A DNA stretch of 60,380 bases, counting the filler. It is 3 parts of 3 records of this genome, joined end to end, with 100 filler letters (N's around TTAATTAATTAA, not from the genome) between each part and the next. Parts side by side here need not be neighbours in the genome. Positions count along the whole stretch, not along the records: positions 30,063 to 43,202 come from SRR20825019_2024; positions 43,303 to 60,380 come from SRR20825019_2025; 1 more part is not named here. One strand, written 5' to 3'. A model generated the notes under the pieces. It was given only the letters and a program-made list of their open reading frames with translations. It had not been told where the DNA came from and ran no database searches. Both the position numbers and the translations under genes were made by a program. Below are positions 42,900 through 53,541 of this stretch, piece after piece. Within the stretch, counting starts at the first letter, position 1. Each line of letters begins with the position of its first letter.

Positions 42900-43202
42900 A
42901 TGAGACAACTTAAAATCACGAAGCAGGTAACCAACCGAGAAACCAAATCTTTAAACAGTTATTTACAAGATGTTAGCAAGATAGACTTAATAACAGCAGA
43001 AGAAGAAGTGGAGTTGGCACAACGCATTCGTGAAGGAGATCAAGCTGCACTAAATAAATTGAGCAGAGCAAATTTACGATTTGTGATTTCTGTAGCAAAA
43101 CAATATCAAAACCAAGGTCTTAGTCTTCCCGATCTTATCAACGAAGGAAACGTTGGTTTGGTAAAAGCTGCAAAAAGATTTGATGAAACCCGTGGTTTTA
43201 AA
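42900..43202 (+). CDS. RpoD/SigA-family sigma factor, Bacteroidetes type, 3'-truncated
   Basis: [14 protein letters not shown]...[18 protein letters not shown]...[21 protein letters not shown] (regions 1.2 to 2.3). Confidence 0.9.
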
Positions 43203-43302
43203 NNNNNNNNNNNNNNNNNNNNNNNNNNNNNNNNNNNNNNNNNNNNTTAATTAATTAANNNNNNNNNNNNNNNNNNNNNNNNNNNNNNNNNNNNNNNNNN
43301 NN
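43203..43302. other. Artificial contig joint (N spacer with TTAATTAATTAA linker)
   Basis: Linker at 43247-43258. Confidence 0.97.
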
Positions 43303-43451
43303 CGCATAGCAGAGTTTGGTTTCTTAGGTGTAGTAGTATATACACGCGTACAAACACCACGACGTTGTGGGCACGAATCCAAAGCAACCGATTTACTCTT
43401 CTTGGTTATTTTGGTTCTTCCTTTACGTACTAATTGTGAAATTGTTGGCAT
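43303..43451 (-). CDS. rpsL: 30S ribosomal protein S12, 3'-truncated
   Basis: [12 protein letters not shown]...[24 protein letters not shown]. Confidence 0.97.
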
Positions 43452-43506
43452 ATAAAATATGTATTATTACTGTTTAAAAATAAAACACCCCTATTTTTAG
43501 GGGATG

Positions 43507-43537
43507 CAAATGTAGAATATTTTTTTCACTAATCAAA
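43507..43537 (-). promoter_or_regulatory. Bacteroidetes housekeeping promoter of the rpsL operon (-33 TTTG, N19, -7 TACATTTG)
   Basis: Exact consensus and spacing on the minus strand. Confidence 0.8.
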
Positions 43538-43638
43538 CCTTAGTGAATTAATTTTCAGCATACTTTCATTATTTTTTTAATTTGAATATGAAATCGCAAC
43601 TTGAAACGTTAGTTTTACAGAGTTAATATTCGCAGTTT

Positions 43639-45336
43639 TTGAAACAAATTTTATACTTTTTCTTCTACCTTAATATATATACCTGTTTTTTCTTCGGAAT
43701 AAAAGCACAGGAACTTACCCTTTCCATAAAAAGTGAAAAACAAATTACCGAAGCAACACTAGATTCCCTAAGAATGCAGACAAACTTCAGCGACTTTGCA
43801 TCTCTAAAAAAAGAAACAGATACCGTTCATTTAAAAATACAACGAATGGGCTATATTGAAAGTGAGCTTCTTGAAATACAAAAAGAAAACGATAGTAGCT
43901 ACACCGCAAATTTTTTCTTTGGTAAAAAATACAATGAATTAAAAATATTTTACTCGGAAGAAGATTTCAATAAAAAAGAATTACAATGTGTTACCTCCGA
44001 AATAACAGACACTTATTTCATCCTTCCTTTTGAAACAATCCCGAGTTCATTAAAAAAACTTACCGCACTGCGCAATCAAAAAGGAAACGCCTTTGCCCGA
44101 TTACGACTTACCGATTTTACAAAAGATGAAAACAACAAACTTTCCGCAACCTTAGCTGTTGCCAATGGAAACATTAGAACCGTAGATTCAATTGCAATTA
44201 AAGGCTATGAAAAATTTCCGCGATCATTTATAAAATATTACGCTGGAGTAAAAAAAGGAGCTATTTTTAATCAACAAAAATTAATCACACAAAATGAAAA
44301 TTTAAACAGCCTCGGATTCGTTTCTACCATAAAACCCCCTGAAGCACTTTTCAGAAAAGACACTACAGTTGTGTATTTTTATTTAGAAAAACAAAACAAC
44401 AATCTTTTTGACGGTATTCTCGGATTTGCTACAAATGAAGACACTCAAAAACTGGAATTTAATGGCTATTTAAACTTAGAGCTAAATAATAACCTAAATT
44501 ACGGAGAGCAATTACTAATAAATTACAAATCTGACGGAAAGGAACAGGTTAATTTTAGAACAAAATTAACGCTTCCTTATTTATTTAAAACTCCATTTGG
44601 AGTTAGCGGAGAGTTAAAAATTTTTAAAAGAGACAGCACTTTTATTACGACAGAACAGCAACTAAAAGCAACTTATCAGATTAATCCAACTTCAACCACC
44701 TATATTGGTTATAGAGGATATGATTCTAGTAATTTATTAGACATTGCAGTTGCAGGAAACCCCGTAGAGAATTTTAAATCTAAATTCCTGATTGCTGGAG
44801 CAACTTATTTAAAACCACAAAACAAAATACTTTTCCCAATAAAAACTGCTATTTCTATTGATACGGGTATAGGAACACGCGATACAGAAGGCAACACCGA
44901 AGATCAACTGCGTGTAGAAGCAACAATCAACAACATATTCAATCTAAATTTTAAAAATTCGATTTTCGTACAGAATATAACTGCTGTTCTCTTTAGCGAT
45001 ACGTATTTGGTTAATGAGCTTTTTCGTTTTGGAGGTATAAACAGCATTCGAGGTTTTAATGAAAACAGCATAGACGCATCTCTTTTTTCCATTTTGAATA
45101 CAGAATACAGATACCAATTTAATGATGGTATTTATCTACATAGCATTATAGATTTTGGCTATTTTGAAAACGAAACGCAATCGTTAAAACAAAACCTTTA
45201 CAGTTTTGGGGTTGGCCTCGGACTTAACACAAAAGCTGGTTTATTCAAATTTAATATTGCAAATGGCAATTCAGATAGCCAAGACTTTAACTTTTCGAAC
45301 ACAAAGATACACATCAGTGTTTCATCAAAATTTTAA
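43639..45336 (+). CDS. Omp85/TamA-ShlB-like outer membrane protein with POTRA domain
   Basis: POTRA-like segment (IAIKGYEKF...GAIFNQQKL), FRFGGINSIRGFNE loop-6 motif, terminal Phe. Confidence 0.8.
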   Translation: MKQILYFFFYLNIYTCFFFGIKAQELTLSIKSEKQITEATLDSLRMQTNFSDFASLKKETDTVHLKIQRMGYIESELLEIQKENDSSYTANFFFGKKYNELKIFYSEEDFNKKELQCVTSEITDTYFILPFETIPSSLKKLTALRNQKGNAFARLRLTDFTKDENNKLSATLAVANGNIRTVDSIAIKGYEKFPRSFIKYYAGVKKGAIFNQQKLITQNENLNSLGFVSTIKPPEALFRKDTTVVYFYLEKQNNNLFDGILGFATNEDTQKLEFNGYLNLELNNNLNYGEQLLINYKSDGKEQVNFRTKLTLPYLFKTPFGVSGELKIFKRDSTFITTEQQLKATYQINPTSTTYIGYRGYDSSNLLDIAVAGNPVENFKSKFLIAGATYLKPQNKILFPIKTAISIDTGIGTRDTEGNTEDQLRVEATINNIFNLNFKNSIFVQNITAVLFSDTYLVNELFRFGGINSIRGFNENSIDASLFSILNTEYRYQFNDGIYLHSIIDFGYFENETQSLKQNLYSFGVGLGLNTKAGLFKFNIANGNSDSQDFNFSNTKIHISVSSKF

Positions 45337-45456
45337 GATTTCTATCTTAAAACCGCCTTACTTCACAAATAAAACGCAAAAATTGGGAGCAAATACTTGT
45401 GTAATTAACTTTTTATTATGATTTTTGCCGTTGGCTAATTCAAATAATTTATAAAA

Positions 45457-48400
45457 ATGAGAACAAAGTTTAGTGGAATCTTAACGCTAGTATTAGCGTT
45501 AGTTGTGCAGCTTACCTTCGCACAGCAAAAAACTATTACAGGTACAGTGACGGACGATACAGGTCTGCCATTGCCTGGTGCAAACGTTATAATCAAGGGC
45601 ACGAGCTCTGGAACGCAATCGGATTTTGATGGAAATTACACCATCTCTGCCAATGTGGGACAGACACTTACCTTTAGTTATGTAGGTTTTGACACCAAGG
45701 AAGTAAAAGTAGGAGCTCAAAATAGCATTAACATTACTTTAAATCCAGGGGCTTCTCTGGAAGAGGTTGTTGTTACTGGGTATTCTACAAGAAACCAAAC
45801 AGTGCAAACTTCGGCGGTAGTTTCGATTTCAGCTTCTGAAATTTCTGAACTCGCACCAACAACGAGCATAGACAACCTTTTACAAGGTAAAGCTGCAGGT
45901 GTACAGGTAACTTCTGCTAACGGTAAGCCTGGACAAGGAGCGTTTGTTCGTATTCGAGGAACTGGTTCACTAACAGCTGGAGCATCATCACCACTTTACA
46001 TTGTTGATGGAGCTACAATTAGAGAAGAAGACCTTGGTCAAATTGCAAACGAAGACATTGAAAACATCACCATTCTTAAGGATGCTGCAACGACTGCTAG
46101 ATACGGTTCGCGTGGTGCAAGTGGTGTTGTAGTAATTACTACAAAAAACGGTAAGAGAAACAAAGATGCAACTGTTAGATTCAGTTCAAGATATGGTGTA
46201 ACATCTATGATTGAGCGAAATTTTGACATTATGAACATCGACCAAAAACTTCAGTATGAAGCTGAGCTTTATGCTTTAGGTCTTGGATCTGCTGCACTTC
46301 CGGGTGTTTCAACAGAACCTGGTAGCCCAGAAAGACAAGAATTAATTAATGGTGCTGCAGATTGGCAAAATTTAGGACTTAAAGAAGGTATTATTTCAAG
46401 TAATAGTGCTTCTGTTTCTGGTGGTGCTGATAAAGTAGATTACTTTTTCTCTATCGGTAATGATAGAAATACTGGTATCATTAATAACTTAAATGGTTTC
46501 GAAAGAACAAACACTCGTTTGAATGTTAATTTTGATGCTAAAGAATGGCTTTCAATTGGTGTTAACGCTGGATACTCTCACTCTATTAGTGATGAACCTC
46601 GTGATAGAAACAACTCACAAAACTTATTTAGATTCCTTTACGATGTGAATCCTTATGAGGAACTTTACACATATGATGTTGATGGAAACCAAGTATTTAA
46701 CCAATACGGTGACCCTGTTTACAATCCAACGAACACTACTTTTGCTGGTATTGGATCTATTCTTACGGAACCATCTACTGATTCTTGGAATAGCTTTTTA
46801 GCAAGTGCTAATGCTGATGTAAAACTATCTAAAAACTTTACTTACTCATTTAGATACTCACTTACTTCAAACAACCGTAGAAGAGATAGTTATTCTATGC
46901 CTGGAGGTGTATTACAACTTGCTATTGGTAATGCTGATTTAGATGGAAACAAGTTAGATACAGAAACTTTCCGTACAGATATTACAATCAGTAACAACCT
47001 TAACTATAACTTAAATAAGAACGATCACAACTTGAACGTACTTGGGTTATACGAATACAACGTAAATTCAGCTAGAAACATTATTGCAAGAAATATAGGT
47101 TTCCCAACACCTGTGCTTTCTACACAAGTTAATGCTTCACAAATAAATGCAGCATCAACAAGTGCTACTAGATTAACTTTACTTTCTTATGGTTTATTTG
47201 CTGATTATGACTACAAAGAAAAATACTTAGCATCTGCATCTGCAAGATATGATGCTTCTTCTAACTTTGGTAAAGACAACCAGTGGGGTCTTTTTTACAG
47301 TTTCAGTTTAGGTTGGAACATTGCTAAAGAAAACTTCTTTAACGCTGATTTTGTTGATGATTTAAAACTAAGAGCAGCTTATGGTACTGTAGGTAACAGA
47401 AATGGTATTGACAGATACGCTTCTCAAGGAACAGTAAGCTATGCGCTTTCTTACCCAGGAGGTCCATCTGCTACACCTGCAAATATCGCAAACCCTGAAT
47501 TACAGTGGGAAACTACTATTACTTCAAACATTGGTTTAGAATTCAATATGTTTAACAACAGAGTACGAGGTGTTGCTGATTATTTCATTAGAAATACAGA
47601 AGATCTTTTATTTGAAATTCCAAGAGCTGATGAATCTGGTATTAACACAGTTACTGGTAACTTAGGAGAAATTGAAAACAGTGGTCTTGAATTATCTTTA
47701 TCTGCTGATGTATTTAGAACTCCAGACTTTACTTGGACTTTAGGCGCTAACATCATCTTCCTAGATACTGAAATTATTTCACTTCCTGATGGAAATGACT
47801 TAGCTCCACCACTTGCTTATAACATTTTGTATCGTGAAGGTGCTAAAATTAATGAGCATTACTTAGTACGTTACGCTGGTGTTGATCCTGCAAATGGTAG
47901 ACCTCAGTATTATACTGCAGAAGGCGACATCGTTTATGCTGATCAAATCAATCAAGATACTGACCGTGTATTACAAGGTAAGTCTACTATCGCAGATAAA
48001 GAAGGTGGTTTCTTTACTAACTTAAACTATAAAGGTTTTGGATTAAGAGCTGATTTCGTATTCAAATCTGGAAACTGGATTAACAACTTTGTTAGATCTA
48101 ACTTAAACTCTGATGGAGCTTTAACAGACAACCAAGCTGTTTCTGCTATGAATTACTGGCAACAACCTGGTGATACTAATGTTTTACCAGATCCAAGAAC
48201 AACTCTTACAGGTGAGAATGACATTAATTCTGATAGATTCCTTGAAAAAGGTGATTATATCCGTATGAGAAACGTAACATTGTCTTATAACCTTCCTCGT
48301 AAGTATATGGACAACCTACCTTTCAATTCATTTAGAATCTATGTTCAAGGACAAAATCTATTGACTTTTACAGAATTTTATGGAGATCCTGAAGTAGGTC

Positions 48401-48513
48401 TTTCTTCTGGAGAAACAATTAGCTTTGCAGATGCAGTAGCTCCTGGTGAAGCAACTTTATATAGCTATCCAAACACTAAATCAATTCAAATTGGTTTGGA
48501 CGTAAGTTTCTAA
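45457..48513 (+). CDS. SusC/RagA family TonB-dependent transporter
   Basis: CarboxypepD_reg-like N-domain, LEEVVVTGY, PLYIVDG, ILKDAATTARYGSRGASGVVVITTK, terminal Phe. Confidence 0.95.
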   Translation: MRTKFSGILTLVLALVVQLTFAQQKTITGTVTDDTGLPLPGANVIIKGTSSGTQSDFDGNYTISANVGQTLTFSYVGFDTKEVKVGAQNSINITLNPGASLEEVVVTGYSTRNQTVQTSAVVSISASEISELAPTTSIDNLLQGKAAGVQVTSANGKPGQGAFVRIRGTGSLTAGASSPLYIVDGATIREEDLGQIANEDIENITILKDAATTARYGSRGASGVVVITTKNGKRNKDATVRFSSRYGVTSMIERNFDIMNIDQKLQYEAELYALGLGSAALPGVSTEPGSPERQELINGAADWQNLGLKEGIISSNSASVSGGADKVDYFFSIGNDRNTGIINNLNGFERTNTRLNVNFDAKEWLSIGVNAGYSHSISDEPRDRNNSQNLFRFLYDVNPYEELYTYDVDGNQVFNQYGDPVYNPTNTTFAGIGSILTEPSTDSWNSFLASANADVKLSKNFTYSFRYSLTSNNRRRDSYSMPGGVLQLAIGNADLDGNKLDTETFRTDITISNNLNYNLNKNDHNLNVLGLYEYNVNSARNIIARNIGFPTPVLSTQVNASQINAASTSATRLTLLSYGLFADYDYKEKYLASASARYDASSNFGKDNQWGLFYSFSLGWNIAKENFFNADFVDDLKLRAAYGTVGNRNGIDRYASQGTVSYALSYPGGPSATPANIANPELQWETTITSNIGLEFNMFNNRVRGVADYFIRNTEDLLFEIPRADESGINTVTGNLGEIENSGLELSLSADVFRTPDFTWTLGANIIFLDTEIISLPDGNDLAPPLAYNILYREGAKINEHYLVRYAGVDPANGRPQYYTAEGDIVYADQINQDTDRVLQGKSTIADKEGGFFTNLNYKGFGLRADFVFKSGNWINNFVRSNLNSDGALTDNQAVSAMNYWQQPGDTNVLPDPRTTLTGENDINSDRFLEKGDYIRMRNVTLSYNLPRKYMDNLPFNSFRIYVQGQNLLTFTEFYGDPEVGLSSGETISFADAVAPGEATLYSYPNTKSIQIGLDVSF

Positions 48514-48532
48514 TTTTTAAAAAAAAAGTAAA

Positions 48533-49996
48533 ATGAAAAATATATTTAATAAAATAATAGCAGGTGTCTTTGTTATTGGAGCATTAGCTTCTTGTGAAGA
48601 CAACTTGGATCAAATTCCTTTTGATTCATTATCAATCGATAATGCCTATAGCTCTCCTCAAGATTTTGAGAACGCTATTAGAGGTACCTATGAAGGTTTA
48701 ATCTCTTCAGATGATTTATCTACCACTGTTGGTATGTATGGTTATATAGCTTCTGGCTCTATGCTAAGTGCTCCAGATATTCTTTCAGATAACGTTACCC
48801 TTTCACAAAACGGTCGTTTTACTGCAAGAGATTTGCATGACTGGGATTACAATGGAAATTCAACTATTACCACTGTATACAATAATGCTTATACAATTAT
48901 CTACAGAGCTAATTTAATATTAAGCAACGCAGATAACTTTGAAGATGATTCAAAAGCCAACATCCTTGCAGAAGCTAAAGCGCTTAGAGCAATGGCACAT
49001 TTAAACATAGTTTCTTTCTTCGGAAAGATTCCTACACAATCAGCAGATGCAAATTCTAGCCTAGGTGTTGCTTATGTAACTAGTGTTGATCAATTTCAAA
49101 CACCAGCGAGAAATACAGTGGGTGAAAACTACGCTGCTATCGTTACAGATTTAACTGAAGCTGTTGAAGACATAAATGTTTCAAATGGTGTAGGAAGAAT
49201 GGGTAAAAATGCAGTAAACTTATTGCTATCTCGTGTATATTTATATATGGGTGAATGGGAAAAAGCAGCTGATGCAGCTGGTGAAGTTACAACTGCTATT
49301 GCTCCTATGGATTCTTTCGCAGATATCTGGGATGACACTAGCACTGCTGGACTTATCTTTTCAATTCCAAATACTGAAACTACAACAAACAACGCTATCG
49401 GTGTTAGCTGGTCTCAAGGAACAACAGCTGCAATTACAAATGAGTATGTAGCTTCTTTTGAATTAGTGAACTTGTTCGCTGCAGATGATGTTAGAAAAGA
49501 AGCATATATCTTTACTGGTAAATCTCAAGGTGTTGAATATAATTCAATCAGAAAATTATTTGGTAAGCAAGGAGCTACTACACAATTAAGTAATGGTGTT
49601 GTAGATTACAAAATATTTAGAGCTGCTGAAGCTGCACTTAACCGTGCTGAAGCACTTTACAATATTGGTGGAAGAGAAGCTGAAGCTCGTGCTGCATTAG
49701 ATGAATTAAGGGTTAAAAGGTATACAACTCCTCCAAGTGGAGAAACTGGTACTGCTTTACTTGATGCAATCCGTTTAGAAAGAAGACTTGAATTAGCGTT
49801 TGAATACCAACGTTTCTTCGATATAAAAAGATGGGGACTTCCAGTTCAAAGAGAAAATTTTGGAGATATTAAAGATGGAAGCGGAACTCCTTCTGAAGAT
49901 TTATTGCTACCAGCTGGAAGTAATCTATTTCAATTGCCATTCTCGCAAACGACAATAGATAAAAATCCTAACATAGCTCAAAATCCAGGATATTAA
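48533..49996 (+). CDS. SusD/RagB family nutrient-uptake lipoprotein
   Basis: Lipobox LASC, EAKALRA, ERRLELAFEYQRFFDIKRW, QNPGY end. Confidence 0.95.
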   Translation: MKNIFNKIIAGVFVIGALASCEDNLDQIPFDSLSIDNAYSSPQDFENAIRGTYEGLISSDDLSTTVGMYGYIASGSMLSAPDILSDNVTLSQNGRFTARDLHDWDYNGNSTITTVYNNAYTIIYRANLILSNADNFEDDSKANILAEAKALRAMAHLNIVSFFGKIPTQSADANSSLGVAYVTSVDQFQTPARNTVGENYAAIVTDLTEAVEDINVSNGVGRMGKNAVNLLLSRVYLYMGEWEKAADAAGEVTTAIAPMDSFADIWDDTSTAGLIFSIPNTETTTNNAIGVSWSQGTTAAITNEYVASFELVNLFAADDVRKEAYIFTGKSQGVEYNSIRKLFGKQGATTQLSNGVVDYKIFRAAEAALNRAEALYNIGGREAEARAALDELRVKRYTTPPSGETGTALLDAIRLERRLELAFEYQRFFDIKRWGLPVQRENFGDIKDGSGTPSEDLLLPAGSNLFQLPFSQTTIDKNPNIAQNPGY

Positions 49997-50018
49997 TAAT
50001 CTTTAAAAAATTAAAACA

Positions 50019-50462
50019 ATGAAAAAATTTAGAATATTATATTTATTAGGATTATTAGTTGTCCTAGCTACTGCCTGCGAAACAGATAATAATGAATTCG
50101 ATGCAGACCGTACTACCATTGTTGGTTTTACAGATAAATCTAAGAACATTAATAGTATTCCAGAAGGTGGGTCAAAATCAACTACTGTAAATGTATTTGT
50201 AAATGACGTTTCTTCTGAAGACAGAACATTTAATGTTATTGAAGTACCTATCGAGGACCCAGTTACTAATCCTCCAACAGATGCAGGAAACTACTCATTT
50301 CCATCTACTCTAGTTATTCCAGCTAACTCTAGAGTTGGCGAAATTGAAGTAACTGGAATTGATGTTACAATTACAGATGAACGTAGCTACTTTTCAATTG
50401 CAATTGAAGGTAGTGCTAATGTAGTTTCAGGAACTAAATCAGTAATAGGACTTAGAAATTAA
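50019..50462 (+). CDS. susCD-associated surface lipoprotein
   Basis: Lipobox ATAC, beta-rich, co-oriented before the terminator. Confidence 0.75.
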   Translation: MKKFRILYLLGLLVVLATACETDNNEFDADRTTIVGFTDKSKNINSIPEGGSKSTTVNVFVNDVSSEDRTFNVIEVPIEDPVTNPPTDAGNYSFPSTLVIPANSRVGEIEVTGIDVTITDERSYFSIAIEGSANVVSGTKSVIGLRN

Positions 50463-50488
50463 TTTTTAAAGTTTTATTTAATATACCT

Positions 50489-50521
50489 AAAACACCCCTT
50501 ACTTTTAAGGGGTGTTTTTTT
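50489..50521 (+). terminator. Intrinsic terminator of the susCD operon
   Basis: aaaacaccccttа-cttt-taaggggtgtttt followed by a T run. Confidence 0.85.
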
Positions 50522-50547
50522 ATATGTATAATCCAGTTTATTCTACT

Positions 50548-50555
50548 TACCTTTG
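50548..50555 (+). promoter_or_regulatory. -7 promoter element TACCTTTG upstream of rlmB
   Basis: Matches TAnnTTTG 32 nt before the ATG. Confidence 0.6.
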
Positions 50556-50587
50556 CCCACTAATAAATTAAGTTTTACTTACTATCA

Positions 50588-51325
50588 ATGAGCGACAAAA
50601 CAAACACCATATTCGGTATCTACCCTATTAAAGAAGCATTAGCATCAAAAGTAGTTTTTGACAAAGTTTATGTTCAAAAAGGAATTGAAAGCGATAAAAT
50701 AGAATGGTTGATTAAAGATTTGGAAAAAGAAAACATCCAAGTAAGTCTTGTCCCTTTTGAAAAACTTAATAGACTTACAAGAGGAAACCATCAAGGAATT
50801 GTAGCCTTAACCTCTCCAGTTGCTTTTCATACATTAGAAGATGTCGTAGAAAAAGCTTTAGAGGCTGAAAAGACTCCTCTATTCCTTATTTTAGATCAGA
50901 TTACCGATGTTAGAAATTTTGGAGCTATTTTACGAACTGCAGAATGCACAGGTGTTGACGCTGTAATAATTCAAAAAACTGGTGGTGCACCAGTATCTGG
51001 TGACACTGTAAAAACTTCTGCAGGCGCTATATTTAAAATTCCAATCTGTAAAGTGGAACATATTAAAGACGCTATTTTCTACTTACAAGGTTCAGGAATA
51101 ACAACTCTTGCAGCTACTGAAAAAACACACGATCAAATTTATTCTTTAGATTTAAAAACACCACTAGCCATAATTATGGGATCTGAAGGTAAAGGTGTTT
51201 CCAAATCAGTTCTTAGTTTAGTTGACCAAAAAGCTTCTCTACCTTTGCTTGGAGAAATAAACTCCTTAAATGTATCTGTAGCTTGTGGTGCATTTCTTTA
51301 TGAAGTAATACGCCAAAGAAACTAG
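50588..51325 (+). CDS. rlmB: 23S rRNA G2251 2'-O-methyltransferase
   Basis: NHQGIVA, LDQITDVRNFGAILRTA, MGSEGKG, SLNVSVA SPOUT motifs. Confidence 0.92.
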   Translation: MSDKTNTIFGIYPIKEALASKVVFDKVYVQKGIESDKIEWLIKDLEKENIQVSLVPFEKLNRLTRGNHQGIVALTSPVAFHTLEDVVEKALEAEKTPLFLILDQITDVRNFGAILRTAECTGVDAVIIQKTGGAPVSGDTVKTSAGAIFKIPICKVEHIKDAIFYLQGSGITTLAATEKTHDQIYSLDLKTPLAIIMGSEGKGVSKSVLSLVDQKASLPLLGEINSLNVSVACGAFLYEVIRQRN

Positions 51326-51331
51326 CACTTA

Positions 51332-52099
51332 TTAAGTTTTAGAATCTGTGTTTTTACGGTGGGTATAAACAATTTTAATTCGTCTTACTTTTGCTAAAGT
51401 TGTATCTTCAGTAGTATTTTCTATAGGCACTTCTTTTATAGGCTCTATAAAGTTTCCATTTTCATCAAATTGTCTTAAAAATGGGTCATTATCAGGGTTA
51501 AAATCTTCTTTCTCCCATTCATATTTTTTATTTTGAACTGGATTTCCTTTAAAGAAAAAAGCAAAAACCAAACCTATAAAAAACCCAGAAAGGTGTCCTT
51601 CCCATGAAATATCAGGGTTTACAGGAAATACATACCATAACATTCCTCCGTAAAGAAAAACAACAGCCAGTGATAGCGCAGTAAGTTGAAATTGTTTTGA
51701 AAAAATCCCTTTAAAAAACAAAAAAGCTGCCAATAAATACACTACCCCACTTGCCCCTATATGAAGAGATGGCCTGCCAATTAACCAAGTAGCAATGCCT
51801 GTAAACAATAAACCGAAAATTAAAACTTTCCAACGAATAGACCGATAGAAATAAAATAAGGCTGATGAAAGCACAAACAAGGGAATAGAATTATTAAAAA
51901 GATGTTTTAAACTTCCATGAATAAAAGGGCTAAAAATAACGCCTTGCAAACCTTCAATCTTTCTTGGATACACCCCAAAAGAATTAAAATTTAAACCAAA
52001 ACGTGTTTCCACCCAATACACAATCCAAATTACTATGACGAATAGTAATGGGTATCCAAAAACTTCGGGGCTAAATTTTAAATGATTTTCATTAGACAT
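51332..52099 (-). CDS. Rhomboid family intramembrane serine protease
   Basis: HGSLKHLFNN, HIGASG, SWEGHLSG; likely start MSNENH at 52099. Confidence 0.9.
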   Translation of the reverse strand: MSNENHLKFSPEVFGYPLLFVIVIWIVYWVETRFGLNFNSFGVYPRKIEGLQGVIFSPFIHGSLKHLFNNSIPLFVLSSALFYFYRSIRWKVLIFGLLFTGIATWLIGRPSLHIGASGVVYLLAAFLFFKGIFSKQFQLTALSLAVVFLYGGMLWYVFPVNPDISWEGHLSGFFIGLVFAFFFKGNPVQNKKYEWEKEDFNPDNDPFLRQFDENGNFIEPIKEVPIENTTEDTTLAKVRRIKIVYTHRKNTDSKT

Positions 52100-52263
52100 A
52101 TACAACCTATTACAAAAAACAAACCTCAAATCAATTTAATGATAAATTGTCAGTCAAGAGAATAAAATTGTAATTTTGAAGTGGATTTAACTGAACTGAG
52201 GACTGAAAAAGCTAGTTATTAGTGCTTTTTAACTTCATAATTCAAAAAATATAAAGAATAAAA

Positions 52264-53541
52264 ATGAACGTACCTCTCGCTGAACGTATACGACCACATA
52301 CTCTTGAAGGATATTTAAGTCAGCAGCATCTCGTTGGCCCTAAAGGCTCGCTCACGTCTCAATTAAATACAGGCATGATTCCATCAATTATATTATGGGG
52401 GCCGCCAGGAACTGGAAAAACTACACTTGCAAATATTATTGCTAACGAAAGTGGCAGACCATTTTATACACTAAGTGCAGTAGATAGCGGTGTGGCTGCA
52501 GTAAGAGAAGTGATTGAGAAAGCAAAGAAAAGTGACACATTATTTTCAACTAAAAATCCTATTCTTTTTATTGATGAAATACACCGTTTTAGTAAATCAC
52601 AACAAGATTCACTTTTAGGTGCTGTAGAAAAAGGATGGATTACATTAATAGGGGCAACTACAGAGAATCCGAGTTTCGAAGTAATTCCTGCGCTTTTATC
52701 TAGGTGCCAAGTGTATGTTTTAGAATCTTTCAGTCGGGAGGACATGGAAGCTTTATTAAACAGAGCTTTAAAAGAAGATGAAATATTAGCTAGAAAAAAA
52801 GTAACATTAAAAGAAACAGAAGCGCTTATAAGGCTTTCAGGAGGAGATGCGCGTAAACTTCTGAATATTTTAGAATTAGTAATTCTTTCAGAAAAAAATG
52901 AAAAAGTTGTAATTACCAATGAACTGGTAATGCAAAAAGCGCAAAAAAACACGGTGCTTTATGACAAAACTGGTGAACAGCATTATGATATAATCTCAGC
53001 TTTTATAAAATCTATCCGAGGAAGTGATCCAAATGCAGCAGTATATTGGTTGGCACGAATGATTGAAGGTGGTGAAGACATCAAGTTTATTGCTCGAAGA
53101 ATGGTTATACTTGCATCTGAAGATATTGGCAATGCAAACCCAAATGCGCTATTATTGGCAAATAGTACTTTTCAGGCTGTTAATACAATTGGTTATCCAG
53201 AAGCACGAATTATTTTAAGCCAGTGCGCTATTTATTTAGCAACGTCCCATAAAAGCAATGCTTCTTACAAAGCGATAGGCGAAGCGCAACAATTGGTAAG
53301 GCAAACTGGCGACCTTTCTGTTCCGTTGTCCATTCGAAACGCTCCAACCAAACTTATGAAACAATTGGGTTATGGAAAAGAATACGAATACGCCCACAAT
53401 TATGAAGGCAACTTTGTGCCGCATGAATTTCTCCCAGAAGAAATAAAAGGCACAACCTTTTACAAACCTGGTAATAATCCGAAGGAAAACGCGCTAAAAA
53501 GTTATTTAAAACAACTTTGGAAGGAGAAATATAGTTTTTAG
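52264..53541 (+). CDS. rarA: Replication-associated recombination protein A (RarA/MgsA)
   Basis: PLAERIRP, WGPPGTGKTT, FIDEIHRF, SAFIKSIRGSD; TAATTTTG -7 element at 52171. Confidence 0.95.
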   Translation: MNVPLAERIRPHTLEGYLSQQHLVGPKGSLTSQLNTGMIPSIILWGPPGTGKTTLANIIANESGRPFYTLSAVDSGVAAVREVIEKAKKSDTLFSTKNPILFIDEIHRFSKSQQDSLLGAVEKGWITLIGATTENPSFEVIPALLSRCQVYVLESFSREDMEALLNRALKEDEILARKKVTLKETEALIRLSGGDARKLLNILELVILSEKNEKVVITNELVMQKAQKNTVLYDKTGEQHYDIISAFIKSIRGSDPNAAVYWLARMIEGGEDIKFIARRMVILASEDIGNANPNALLLANSTFQAVNTIGYPEARIILSQCAIYLATSHKSNASYKAIGEAQQLVRQTGDLSVPLSIRNAPTKLMKQLGYGKEYEYAHNYEGNFVPHEFLPEEIKGTTFYKPGNNPKENALKSYLKQLWKEKYSF

